DNA of 64,000 nucleotides from Acidimicrobiales bacterium. GTDB taxonomy: Bacteria > Actinomycetota > Acidimicrobiia > Acidimicrobiales > UBA8592. The notes below the pieces were generated by a model, which was not told the DNA's origin, made no database searches, and worked only from the letters and a program-made list of their open reading frames with translations. The DNA is taken from positions 1,482 through 65,481 of the forward strand of contig JBFKRY010000001.1 of the NCBI GenBank assembly GCA_041636995.1, given 5' to 3'. This document shows, in pieces, positions 53,646 to 61,436 of the stretch. The stretch's first letter is position 1; each line of letters starts with the position of its first letter. The position numbers and the translations under genes are program-made.

Positions 53646-54960
53646 GGTCGCTCGCGAAGCGCTGGTGGGGGTCGACGCGCCGGCGAACCGCCTGCCACTC
53701 CGGGAGCCGGGGATACATGACGGGGACCAGCGCCGGGTCGAGGCGGGCGTCCTTGGCCAGGTACACCCGTCCGCCGCAGTCGGCCACCAGGCGATCCAGC
53801 TCGTCGAGCTCTGCGGCCAGCCCGGGGTGGCGTGCTGGCATGTCGACGGCGAGGGTCCAGCCCTCGAGGGGAAACGAGAGGGGCCCGGGGTTGGCGGGCC
53901 CGAACCGCTTGAGGACGGCGAGGAAGCACGGGGTGGCGCTGGCGGTGAGGGCCTCGACGCACCGGGACAGCACCGCCTCGGCGCCGTCGGGCACCACCAT
54001 CTGCCACTGCACGAGCCCGCCCGAGCCGTAGACGCGGTTCCAGTCCCGGACCCCGTCGAGGGGATGGAAGTACCGGCCGATCGACTGCACCTCGCCCTCG
54101 CGCCGCCGGGGGGAGATCCTGAACCAGGCCTCGTTGAACGCCCGCACGGTCGCCGAGGTGAGTAGGCCGTCGGGCAGCCGGCGCGGCGTGGGGAGCGCGG
54201 GGCCCGGCTCGTACTGCAGCGGGACCCTGGCGTCGCTGCCGGCCAGCTCGTGCCGGCGGGCGAACCGGGCGGTGGTCAGGATCGATCGCCCCACCCGCCT
54301 GGCCATCAGGTCGACCCAGGCGACCGAGTAGGGGGCGGTCCGATCGACCTCGATCATCGCCGCCAGCAGCTCGTCGAGGTCGTCCAGACGCAGGGTGTCC
54401 ACCAGCAGCCGGCTGGTCTCGATCGGCACCAGCCGGAGGGTGGCCTCGACGATCACCCCGGTCAGCCCGAGCCCGCCGGCGGTCGCCCAGAAGAGCTCCG
54501 GGTCCGTGGTCGGGGAGCACCGCACCACCGCGCCGTCGCCGAGCACCAGGGTGAGGTCGTCGAGGTGGCTGCAGAACGTCCCGTCGACGTGGTGGTTCTT
54601 GCCGTGGATGTCCGCGGCGACGGCTCCGCCCACCGTGACCTGACGGGTGCCCGGGGTGACGGGCACGAACCAGCCGGCGGGGACGATCCGGCGCAGCAGC
54701 GCCTCGATGGAGACGCCGGCGCCGGTGGTGATGCGACCCCGTTGGTCCGGCCGGGCGACGTCGGTCAGCGCGGTCATGTCGAGGACGTGGCCTCCGGCAC
54801 AGGCGGCCTGGTCCCCGTAGCTGCGGCCCAGGCCGCGTGCGATCGTCGGCGCCCGGGCGGCCCGGACGTCGGACGTGACCATCTCGGGGCTGGTCGGCCT
54901 CGACACCGTGGCCCGCGACCAGACGGCGCGACCCCAGCCGGAGAGCAGCTGCTCAGGCAT
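53623..54960 (-). CDS. dprE1: Decaprenylphosphoryl-beta-D-ribose 2'-oxidase (DprE1-like FAD oxidoreductase)
   Basis: ...LSGWGR...ARGLGRSYGDQA...VGGAVAADIHGKNHH... The C-terminus aligns by eye with M. tuberculosis DprE1 (...LSFPLEGWTLAVDMP...YLAKDARL...RFASDLSRRLHL). Confidence 0.8.
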   Translation of the reverse strand: MPEQLLSGWGRAVWSRATVSRPTSPEMVTSDVRAARAPTIARGLGRSYGDQAACAGGHVLDMTALTDVARPDQRGRITTGAGVSIEALLRRIVPAGWFVPVTPGTRQVTVGGAVAADIHGKNHHVDGTFCSHLDDLTLVLGDGAVVRCSPTTDPELFWATAGGLGLTGVIVEATLRLVPIETSRLLVDTLRLDDLDELLAAMIEVDRTAPYSVAWVDLMARRVGRSILTTARFARRHELAGSDARVPLQYEPGPALPTPRRLPDGLLTSATVRAFNEAWFRISPRRREGEVQSIGRYFHPLDGVRDWNRVYGSGGLVQWQMVVPDGAEAVLSRCVEALTASATPCFLAVLKRFGPANPGPLSFPLEGWTLAVDMPARHPGLAAELDELDRLVADCGGRVYLAKDARLDPALVPVMYPRLPEWQAVRRRVDPHQRFASDLSRRLHL

Positions 54961-55816
54961 GGACGGCCAGGGCGTAGACGACGACCCAGGCAGCGGCGAT
55001 CAGCTGGAACACCCGATCGCCGAGCACGATGTCCTCGGGATCCTCGCCCAGGCCCAGGTCGAGGGCCGCCGAGTAGCGGGCCAGCGCCGCCGTGAAGGGC
55101 ACCAGCGACACCGCCGCGAGCCAGCCGACCGCCCGATCCTGGGCGACGACCCAGAGGGCGTAGGCCACGACCGCGGACCCGGCCGTGGCAGCCTGGAAGG
55201 CTCGCAGCCCCGCCGCGCTGTAGTGGCGGAGCACCCGCCGGCCACCGGCGCCCGCGGTGCGCCTCAGCTCGGCGCTGCGCTTGCCCGCCACCACGAACAG
55301 CGACGCGGAGCAGACCACGACCACGAACCAGGCCGACAGCGGGGTGTCGGTGGCGGCGCCGCCGGCCACCGCGCGCAGGATGAAACCGGCCGCGATCGGG
55401 GCCAGCTCCAGCCAGGGCACGTGCTTGAGGCCAGCGGAGTAGGCGGCGTTGATCGCCAGGTACCCGGCGATCACCAGGCCCAGCTCGACGGCCAGGGCGA
55501 AGGCGGCGGCCAGGGCCAGCAGCGCCAGGATGGGGGCGATCGTCCGGGCGCTGCGCACGGAGATCTCGCGCGCCGCCACCGGTCGGTGCCGCTTGGTCGG
55601 GTGGGCCCGGTCCACGGCCACGTCCACCACGTCGTTCAGGAGGTAGGTGGCCCCGGACGCCATGATGAAGATGGCCACCCCCGCCAGCGCTCGCACCAGC
55701 ACGTCGGGCTCGTCGAGGGTGCCGGCCGCTGCGGGGGCGGCCAGCACCAGCACGTTCTTGATCCACTGCCGGGGCCGCAGCGCCCGGACCAGGCTGGCCG
55801 GCGCCAGGGCGGTCAT
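54953..55816 (-). CDS. UbiA-family decaprenyl-phosphate phosphoribosyltransferase (Rv3806c-like)
   Basis: ATG at 55816 (ATGA overlap with the dprE2 stop). Product ...RPRQWIKNVLVLAAP...YLLNDVVDVAVDRAHPTKRHRPVA (UbiA Asp-rich motif). Polytopic. Confidence 0.8.
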   Translation of the reverse strand: MTALAPASLVRALRPRQWIKNVLVLAAPAAAGTLDEPDVLVRALAGVAIFIMASGATYLLNDVVDVAVDRAHPTKRHRPVAAREISVRSARTIAPILALLALAAAFALAVELGLVIAGYLAINAAYSAGLKHVPWLELAPIAAGFILRAVAGGAATDTPLSAWFVVVVCSASLFVVAGKRSAELRRTAGAGGRRVLRHYSAAGLRAFQAATAGSAVVAYALWVVAQDRAVGWLAAVSLVPFTAALARYSAALDLGLGEDPEDIVLGDRVFQLIAAAWVVVYALAVHA

Positions 55817-56571
55817 CGGCTCAGCCTCCGCCAGAGGGGGGCGGGCAACCGGCTCAGCACCACGAACACCCAGCGCAGGATCGGCGGCGACCACGCCACC
55901 CGGTCTCGGCGGCGCAGCCCTCGGACCACGTCGGCGGCCACGGCTGCGGGAGTGGTGGCGAAGGGGGCCTCGGGCCGGCCCGCGGTCATCCTGGTGCGCA
56001 CGAAGCCCGGCCGGACGATCATCACCTCGACCCCCGAGCCGTGCACCGCGTCGGCGAGGCCCTGCGCGAAGCCGTCGAGCCCTGCCTTCGATGCACCGTA
56101 CGCGGCGTTCTCCGCCCGGACCCGCACCGCGGCCACCGAGCTGAGCACGACGAGGGTTCCCTGGCCCTGGCGGACCAGGGCTCGGGCGGCGGCGTGGGCC
56201 GCGGTCATGGCCCCGACGGTGTTGGTCCGGGCGAGCGCGGCCGTGGATGCCGGATCGGCGGCGACGTCGAATGGCTCGCCGAGCACGCCGAAGGCCACCA
56301 GCACCAGGTCGACGGGGCCTGCGGCGTCCAGGACCCGGTCGGCCGCGGCGACGTCGTCGGCGTCGAAGGCGACCACCTCGCACTGCACCCCGCGGGCTTC
56401 GAGCGCTCGGGCCCGCGACGCGGCCATGCCGGTGTCGCGCGCCGCCAGGACGACGCGTTCGAGGCGGCGCTCGGCCAGCGCCGCGATGATCGCCTCGGCG
56501 ATCTCGGAGCTCCCGCCGAGCACCAGCGCCGACTGGACCGCGCCGGTGGCGTCACGCATCGTGGTTCCCAT
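55813..56571 (-). CDS. dprE2: Decaprenylphospho-2'-keto-ribose reductase (DprE2-like SDR)
   Basis: ALVLGGSSEIAEAI..., YGASKAGLDGF (YxxxK), ...IVRPGFVRTRMT... 252 aa. Confidence 0.8.
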   Translation of the reverse strand: MGTTMRDATGAVQSALVLGGSSEIAEAIIAALAERRLERVVLAARDTGMAASRARALEARGVQCEVVAFDADDVAAADRVLDAAGPVDLVLVAFGVLGEPFDVAADPASTAALARTNTVGAMTAAHAAARALVRQGQGTLVVLSSVAAVRVRAENAAYGASKAGLDGFAQGLADAVHGSGVEVMIVRPGFVRTRMTAGRPEAPFATTPAAVAADVVRGLRRRDRVAWSPPILRWVFVVLSRLPAPLWRRLSR

Positions 56572-56629
56572 CGGCCGTCATGCCCCGTGATCGAGGGCGC
56601 GGTCCTGCGTCCGTCGGCACGGGCTGCCC

Positions 56630-56824
56630 CAGCACCGTCTCGACCAGCACCGTCTGCCCCAGCACCGTCTCGACCAGCACCGTCTCGACCAGCACCGTCT
56701 CGACCAGCACCGTCTGCTCCAGCACCGTCTGCTCCAGCACCGTCTGCTCCAGCACCGTCTGCTCCAGCACCGTTTGCTCCAGCACCGTCTGCTCCAGCAC
56801 CGTCTGCTCCAGCACCGTCTCCAC
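56630..56824. repeat. Thirteen head-to-tail copies of a 15-bp unit, CAGCACCGTCT(C/G)(G/C)(A/T/C)C
   Basis: Counted directly. Units start at 56630, 56645, ... 56810. Variants are ...ctcgac, ...ctgccc, ...ctgctc, ...ttgctc, ...ctccac. The array sits between the GGDEF gene stop (56876) and the dprE2 start (56571). Confidence 0.95.
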
Positions 56825-56875
56825 CCGGACAGTGTGTCCGGTTCGGCTCCCGTGGTGACGGAGGGGACTTCGCGG

Positions 56876-58423
56876 CTAGCGATCCGGGCGGCGGCGCCGG
56901 TCGTGGGGCCTCCGGCGCCTGGGTCCGGGCGAGGGACGTCGGCGCTTCACCAGATACTGCGCCTCGTCGGCCTGGCTCAGCAGCTCGGACGGCGAGTCGG
57001 CCCGCGCCGCGTAGGCGATCCCGCAGGACAGCCCCACCCCGGCGGGCACCGAGCGCCGCACCTGCTCGGCTGCCTCGCGGGCCAGGTGCTGGGCGTGGAG
57101 CAGCCCGCCGGTGCGCACCAGCAGGCAGAACTCGTCGCCGCCCAGCCGAGTGGCCAGGGCGTCGTGGTCGGCCGCCAGGCCCCGCAGCACCAGGGCCACC
57201 GCCCGCAGGACGTCGTCGCCGGCGCCGTGGCCCCGGGTGTCGTTGACCCGCTTGAGACCGTCGACGTCGCACATCACCAGCGCCGCGTCGGCTCGGGTCG
57301 ACGGCGGGCCCTCGTACAGCTGCGCCAGCTCGATCTCGAGGCGCCGGCGGTTGGCGAGCCCGGTGAGCTCGTCGCCGTGGGCCAGCAGGTCGAGGCGCTG
57401 GCGATCGCGGGCCCGGAGGACGGTGGTCTCCAGACCGGCGGCCAGCTCGGTCAGGGGTCTCACATCGAGGTCGTCGCCGTCGCCGATCGCCCAGGCGATG
57501 CCCCAGAGGCCGTCTGCCCGCACGGGCACCACCACCAGCCGGTCCCGGCCCCACACCGTGGTGGCCACACCCCGGAGCTCGCGCAGCGAGTCGGGCAACC
57601 CGAACGCCGAGCGGCCGGCGCTCTCGCCGGCCACGTGGACGGGCATCAGCAGGGTGCCCTCGACCCGGTGCACCCCGACCGCCCGGACCGGCGCCGCGGC
57701 CCGAGTGGCCTCCACCAGCACCGACGCGGTGCGGATCGGGTCGCCCATGGTCTCGACCAGCGACCCCAGGCGCCGGAGGGGCTCGCCGTGGGGATCGGTG
57801 GTCACCTGCTCGACGATGGCGGTCGCCATGCCGGCGGTGGCCGCCTCCACCACGCTCCTGACGTCGCTCGATCGGAGCAGGTCGAAGGCCTGGTCGGACA
57901 GGTCCACGTCGAGGCTGGTGCCGGCGCTGTCCTTCATCAGCTCGATACGGCGCTCCCAGTCGATCGGGGTGGCCCGGCGGGTGCCGACGAGCAGGTCGGT
58001 GAGGGCCACCACCCGGGCGCCCAGGGGGATCTCGTGGCCGGCCAGGCCGGCCGGTACCCCGGCACCGTCGACGCGCTCGTGGCGGTGGCTCACCGCGTCG
58101 GCGGTGGCTTCGAGCCCGGCGATGGCTCGCAGCAGGTTGCCGCCCCGCTCGGCGGCCTCGCCGCCGGGGAGGCGTAGCACCACCCGCCCGATGTCGGCGA
58201 GCAGGCACGCGGTCAGCGCGGTGGCCCGGTCGGGGGCGGCGAGGTGCCGGGTCAGCAGGTCGGCGAGCACCACCCTGCGGGCTGCGTGGCGCCCTGCCCG
58301 TGGGCGCACGCTGGCGATGGTGTGGAACAGCGCGATGGCAGCGAGGGCTGCCGGGTCGGTGCTGTCGGTGTCGTCGCCCGTGTCGGTCATGTTCGCCCGC
58401 GGGGCCGGCGTGTGGGGGTTCAC
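56876..58423 (-). CDS. c-di-GMP signalling protein: HD-GYP-like remnant + GAF-like region + GGDEF diguanylate cyclase
   Basis: SHRHERVDGAGVPAGL (HHExxDGxGYP-like), central sensory region, ...DELTGLANRR...DVDGLKRVND..GH.AGDDVL...RLGGDEFCLL. Start at GTG 58423 or ATG 58390. Confidence 0.8.
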   Translation of the reverse strand: MNPHTPAPRANMTDTGDDTDSTDPAALAAIALFHTIASVRPRAGRHAARRVVLADLLTRHLAAPDRATALTACLLADIGRVVLRLPGGEAAERGGNLLRAIAGLEATADAVSHRHERVDGAGVPAGLAGHEIPLGARVVALTDLLVGTRRATPIDWERRIELMKDSAGTSLDVDLSDQAFDLLRSSDVRSVVEAATAGMATAIVEQVTTDPHGEPLRRLGSLVETMGDPIRTASVLVEATRAAAPVRAVGVHRVEGTLLMPVHVAGESAGRSAFGLPDSLRELRGVATTVWGRDRLVVVPVRADGLWGIAWAIGDGDDLDVRPLTELAAGLETTVLRARDRQRLDLLAHGDELTGLANRRRLEIELAQLYEGPPSTRADAALVMCDVDGLKRVNDTRGHGAGDDVLRAVALVLRGLAADHDALATRLGGDEFCLLVRTGGLLHAQHLAREAAEQVRRSVPAGVGLSCGIAYAARADSPSELLSQADEAQYLVKRRRPSPGPRRRRPHDRRRRPDR

Positions 58424-58482
58424 GGCCCGCGCGGACAGTAGCAGTCGACAGGGTGGGTAGCATCGATCCAGTGAGCACGAGA

Positions 58483-58560
58483 ATGCTGATCCTGGCGTCG
58501 CTGGTGTGCGGGCTGGCGATCCTGGTGGCGTTCACGGTGCAGGTGCTGCTGGCGTCGTGA
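58483..58560 (+). CDS. Possible 25-aa hydrophobic micro-ORF upstream of lpdA
   Basis: MLILASLVCGLAILVAFTVQVLLAS-stop. An alternative GTG at 58471 gives VSTRMLIL... No RBS recognised. Confidence 0.25.
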   Translation: MLILASLVCGLAILVAFTVQVLLAS

Positions 58561-58654
58561 GGTGATCGGGTGCCGGGTGGGGCACCGTGGGCCGGGTGCC
58601 GGCTGGGCACGATCGGTCGCGTGCCCAATGGGCACCGTGGATAGAGTCGGACCC

Positions 58655-60064
58655 ATGTCCAACGACGGAACCACCTTCGACCTGGTCGTCATCGGCGGTG
58701 GGCCCGGCGGGTACGGCGCCGCGTTGTACGGCGCCGCCGCAGGCCTGAACGTGGCGCTGGTGGAGATGCACAAGCTGGGCGGGACCTGCCTCCACGTGGG
58801 CTGCATCCCGGCCAAGGAGCTGCTGGAGACCGCCCACGTGCTGCGCACCGTCCGCGAGGCGGCCGAGTTCGGCGTGGAGACCAGCGCACCCACCCTCGAC
58901 ATCTCGGTCACGATGCAACGCAAGCAGCGGGTCATCGACCAGCTCACCGGGGGCGTCCGCCAGCTGCTCGGCGGCCGCAACGTCACCATCTTCGACGGCA
59001 CCGGGTCCCTGCGGGCCGGTCGGAAGGTCGCCATCAGCGGCGGCGAGTCCGGTGACGTCGAGATCAGCGGCCGCAACGTGATCCTCGCCAGCGGCTCCAA
59101 GCCCCGGACGATCCCCGGCTTCGAGATCGACGGCCAGGTGGTGCTCACCTCCGACGAGTTCCTGTCCATCGACCGGGTGCCCGAGACCGCCGCCATCATC
59201 GGGGGCGGGGCCATCGGCTGCGAGTTCGCGTCGACCCTCGCCGACTTCGGGAGCCAGGTGACCATCCTGGAGGCCCTGCCGAAGATCCTGATGGGCTGCG
59301 ACGAGGACGTGGCCAAGGTGGTCGAGCGGGCCTTCAAGAAGCGCGGGATCACGGTGCGGACGAGCGTGTCCGTGGCCGGGCACTCGCCCCACGAGGGGGG
59401 CACGGCCATCGACCTCGGCGACGGCGAGACCCTCGACGTCGAAGCCGTCGTGGTCAGCGTCGGCCGGCGTCCGTTCCCCGACCTGCTGGGCCTGGACGGG
59501 ACCGCGGTGCAGGTCGACGACCGGCAGTTCGTCGTGGTCGACGAGCTCTGCCGAACCCACGAGCCGGGGGTCTACGCCATCGGTGATCTGGTCGACACCC
59601 CGCAGCTGGCCCACGTGGGCTTCGCCGAGGCCATCATGGTCGTCAAGCACATGCTCGGCGAGCACGCCATGCCCATCGACTACGGCCGGGTGCCGTGGGC
59701 CATCTACTGCCAGCCCGAGGTGGCCTTCGCCGGGCTCACCGAGGCCGCCGCCCGCGATGCCGGCTACGACGTGCTGGTCTCCAAGCACCGGTTCACCGGC
59801 AACAGCCGGGCCCTGATCGTGGGGGGAACCGACGGCATGGTGAAGATCATCGCCGAGAAGCAGGCCGACGGCACCGGCGGGCAGATTCTCGGCGTCCACA
59901 TGGCCGGACCCTGGGTGACCGAGCAGCTGGGGCAGGGGTACCTGGCCGTCAACTGGGAGGCGACCGTCGACGAGGTCGCCGAGTTCATCCAACCGCATCC
60001 CACGCTGAGCGAGCTGTTCGGAGAGTCCGTGCTCGCGATGACCGGGCGTTCACTCCACGGCTGA
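58655..60064 (+). CDS. lpdA: Dihydrolipoyl dehydrogenase (E3)
   Basis: ATG at 58655. FAD fold DLVVIGGGPGGYGAA; redox disulfide GGTCLHVGCIPAK; C-terminal interface domain with ...HPTLSE. Confidence 0.9.
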   Translation: MSNDGTTFDLVVIGGGPGGYGAALYGAAAGLNVALVEMHKLGGTCLHVGCIPAKELLETAHVLRTVREAAEFGVETSAPTLDISVTMQRKQRVIDQLTGGVRQLLGGRNVTIFDGTGSLRAGRKVAISGGESGDVEISGRNVILASGSKPRTIPGFEIDGQVVLTSDEFLSIDRVPETAAIIGGGAIGCEFASTLADFGSQVTILEALPKILMGCDEDVAKVVERAFKKRGITVRTSVSVAGHSPHEGGTAIDLGDGETLDVEAVVVSVGRRPFPDLLGLDGTAVQVDDRQFVVVDELCRTHEPGVYAIGDLVDTPQLAHVGFAEAIMVVKHMLGEHAMPIDYGRVPWAIYCQPEVAFAGLTEAAARDAGYDVLVSKHRFTGNSRALIVGGTDGMVKIIAEKQADGTGGQILGVHMAGPWVTEQLGQGYLAVNWEATVDEVAEFIQPHPTLSELFGESVLAMTGRSLHG

Positions 60065-60086
60065 GCCGGGCTCGGAGGACTGACTT

Positions 60087-61436
60087 ATGGCTGATGTGAC
60101 GATGCCCCAGCTGGGCGAGACGGTCACCGAGGGGACCATCACCCGCTGGTTCAAGTCGGTGGGGGACCAGGTCGCCGAGGACGAGGTGCTGTTCGAGGTG
60201 TCGACCGACAAGGTCGACTCGGAGGTGCCCTCGCCGGTGAGCGGGGTGCTCGCCGAGATCCGGGTGCCCGAGGGCGAGATCGCCGAGGTCGGAGTGGTGC
60301 TGGCGGTCGTCGCGGACGCTGCGGCCGAGGCGCCGCCGGCGGCCGAGGCCCCGGCCGCGCCCGCCCCCGAGCCGGCGCCGGCCCCGGCAGCGCAGCCCGC
60401 GCCCGCACCGGCACCCGCTCCCGCCCCGACCCCGGCCGCGACCCCGACCCCGACCCCGGCCGCCGCCGGCAGCGAGCTCCCGCTCTCGCCGGTGGTTCGC
60501 CGCCTGATCAGCCAGTCGGGGGTCGACCCGCACTCCATCGAGGGCACCGGCGTGGGTGGCCGCATCACCCGGTCCGACGTCGAGCAGGCCATTGCGGCCC
60601 AGGGCCTGACCGCAGCGCCCCGAACCCGGGCCGAGCTGGCCCCGGCAGCCCAGCCCGCTCCGGCACCGGCGGCACAGCCCGCTCCCGCCCCGGCAGCACA
60701 GCCCGCTCCGGCAGCGGCCGGGGACGCGACCACGGTGCCCATGAACAACATCCGGCGCCGCACCGGTGAGCACATGGTCATGTCCAAGAAGGTCTCGCCG
60801 CACGTGCTCACCGCGGTCGAGGTGGACTTCGAGCGGGTCGAGCAGGTCCGGCGCCGCCACCGAGCCGAGTGGAAGAACGACGAGGGCTTCAGCCTGACCT
60901 ATCTGCCGTTCATCGCCCGGGCCCTGGTCGACGCCATCCGCGAGTACCCGCACGTCAATGCCAGCGTCGGCGACGACGAGCTGGTGGTCCACCAGTCGGT
61001 CAACCTGGCCATCGCCGTCGACCTGGACTTCCAGGGCCTCCTGGCCCCGGTGGTGAAGTCCGCCGAGGGGAAGCGGATGCGCCAGCTGAGCCGCGAGATC
61101 GTCGACCTGGCCACGCGGGCCCGGTCGAAGAAGCTGTCGGCGGACGAGATCACCGGGGGCACGTTCACCATCACCAATCCCGGCCAGTACGGGACGATGA
61201 TGCAGTTCCCGATCATCAACCAGCCCCAGGTCGCCATCCTGTCGACCGACGGGATCCGCCGGAAGCCGGTCGTGGTCACCGACGACGCCGGCAACGAGGC
61301 AATCGCCATCCACTCGGTGGGGGTGCTGGCCCTGGCGTGGGACCACCGGGCCTTCGACGGCGCCTACGTGGCGGCGTTCCTCGACCATCTCCGCACCATC
61401 ATCGAGACCCGCGACTGGGAGACCGAGATCGGGTGA
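60087..61436 (+). CDS. 2-oxoacid dehydrogenase E2 component (dihydrolipoamide acyltransferase, SucB/DlaT-like)
   Basis: GGAGG sits 8 nt upstream of the ATG. Lipoyl domain (...EVSTDKVDSEVPSP...), Ala/Pro linkers, E3-binding domain (LSPVVRRLI...), catalytic domain with DHRAFDG. Confidence 0.9.
   Translation: MADVTMPQLGETVTEGTITRWFKSVGDQVAEDEVLFEVSTDKVDSEVPSPVSGVLAEIRVPEGEIAEVGVVLAVVADAAAEAPPAAEAPAAPAPEPAPAPAAQPAPAPAPAPAPTPAATPTPTPAAAGSELPLSPVVRRLISQSGVDPHSIEGTGVGGRITRSDVEQAIAAQGLTAAPRTRAELAPAAQPAPAPAAQPAPAPAAQPAPAAAGDATTVPMNNIRRRTGEHMVMSKKVSPHVLTAVEVDFERVEQVRRRHRAEWKNDEGFSLTYLPFIARALVDAIREYPHVNASVGDDELVVHQSVNLAIAVDLDFQGLLAPVVKSAEGKRMRQLSREIVDLATRARSKKLSADEITGGTFTITNPGQYGTMMQFPIINQPQVAILSTDGIRRKPVVVTDDAGNEAIAIHSVGVLALAWDHRAFDGAYVAAFLDHLRTIIETRDWETEIG

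Noticed and set aside
56630-56824. Possible CRISPR array
   Set aside because: The units are 15 bp and directly abutting, with no spacers, and no cas genes are present. It is a simple tandem repeat (VNTR-like), not CRISPR.
56041-57246. 401-aa plus-strand ORF with (APSAP)n, and 92-aa ORF 56580-56858 with (STVCS)n
   Set aside because: Both are alternative-frame readings of the same 15-bp repeat array. The long one runs antisense through dprE2 and the GGDEF gene. The STVCS frame cannot be formally excluded, but it has no start or RBS context and is opposite to all flanking genes.
60330-60720. Repetitive AAQPAPAPA-type DNA in the E2 gene, considered as a mobile or VNTR element
   Set aside because: These are Ala/Pro-rich inter-domain linkers, a normal feature of 2-oxoacid dehydrogenase E2 proteins. 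They are in frame and flanked by the lipoyl, E3-binding and catalytic domains.
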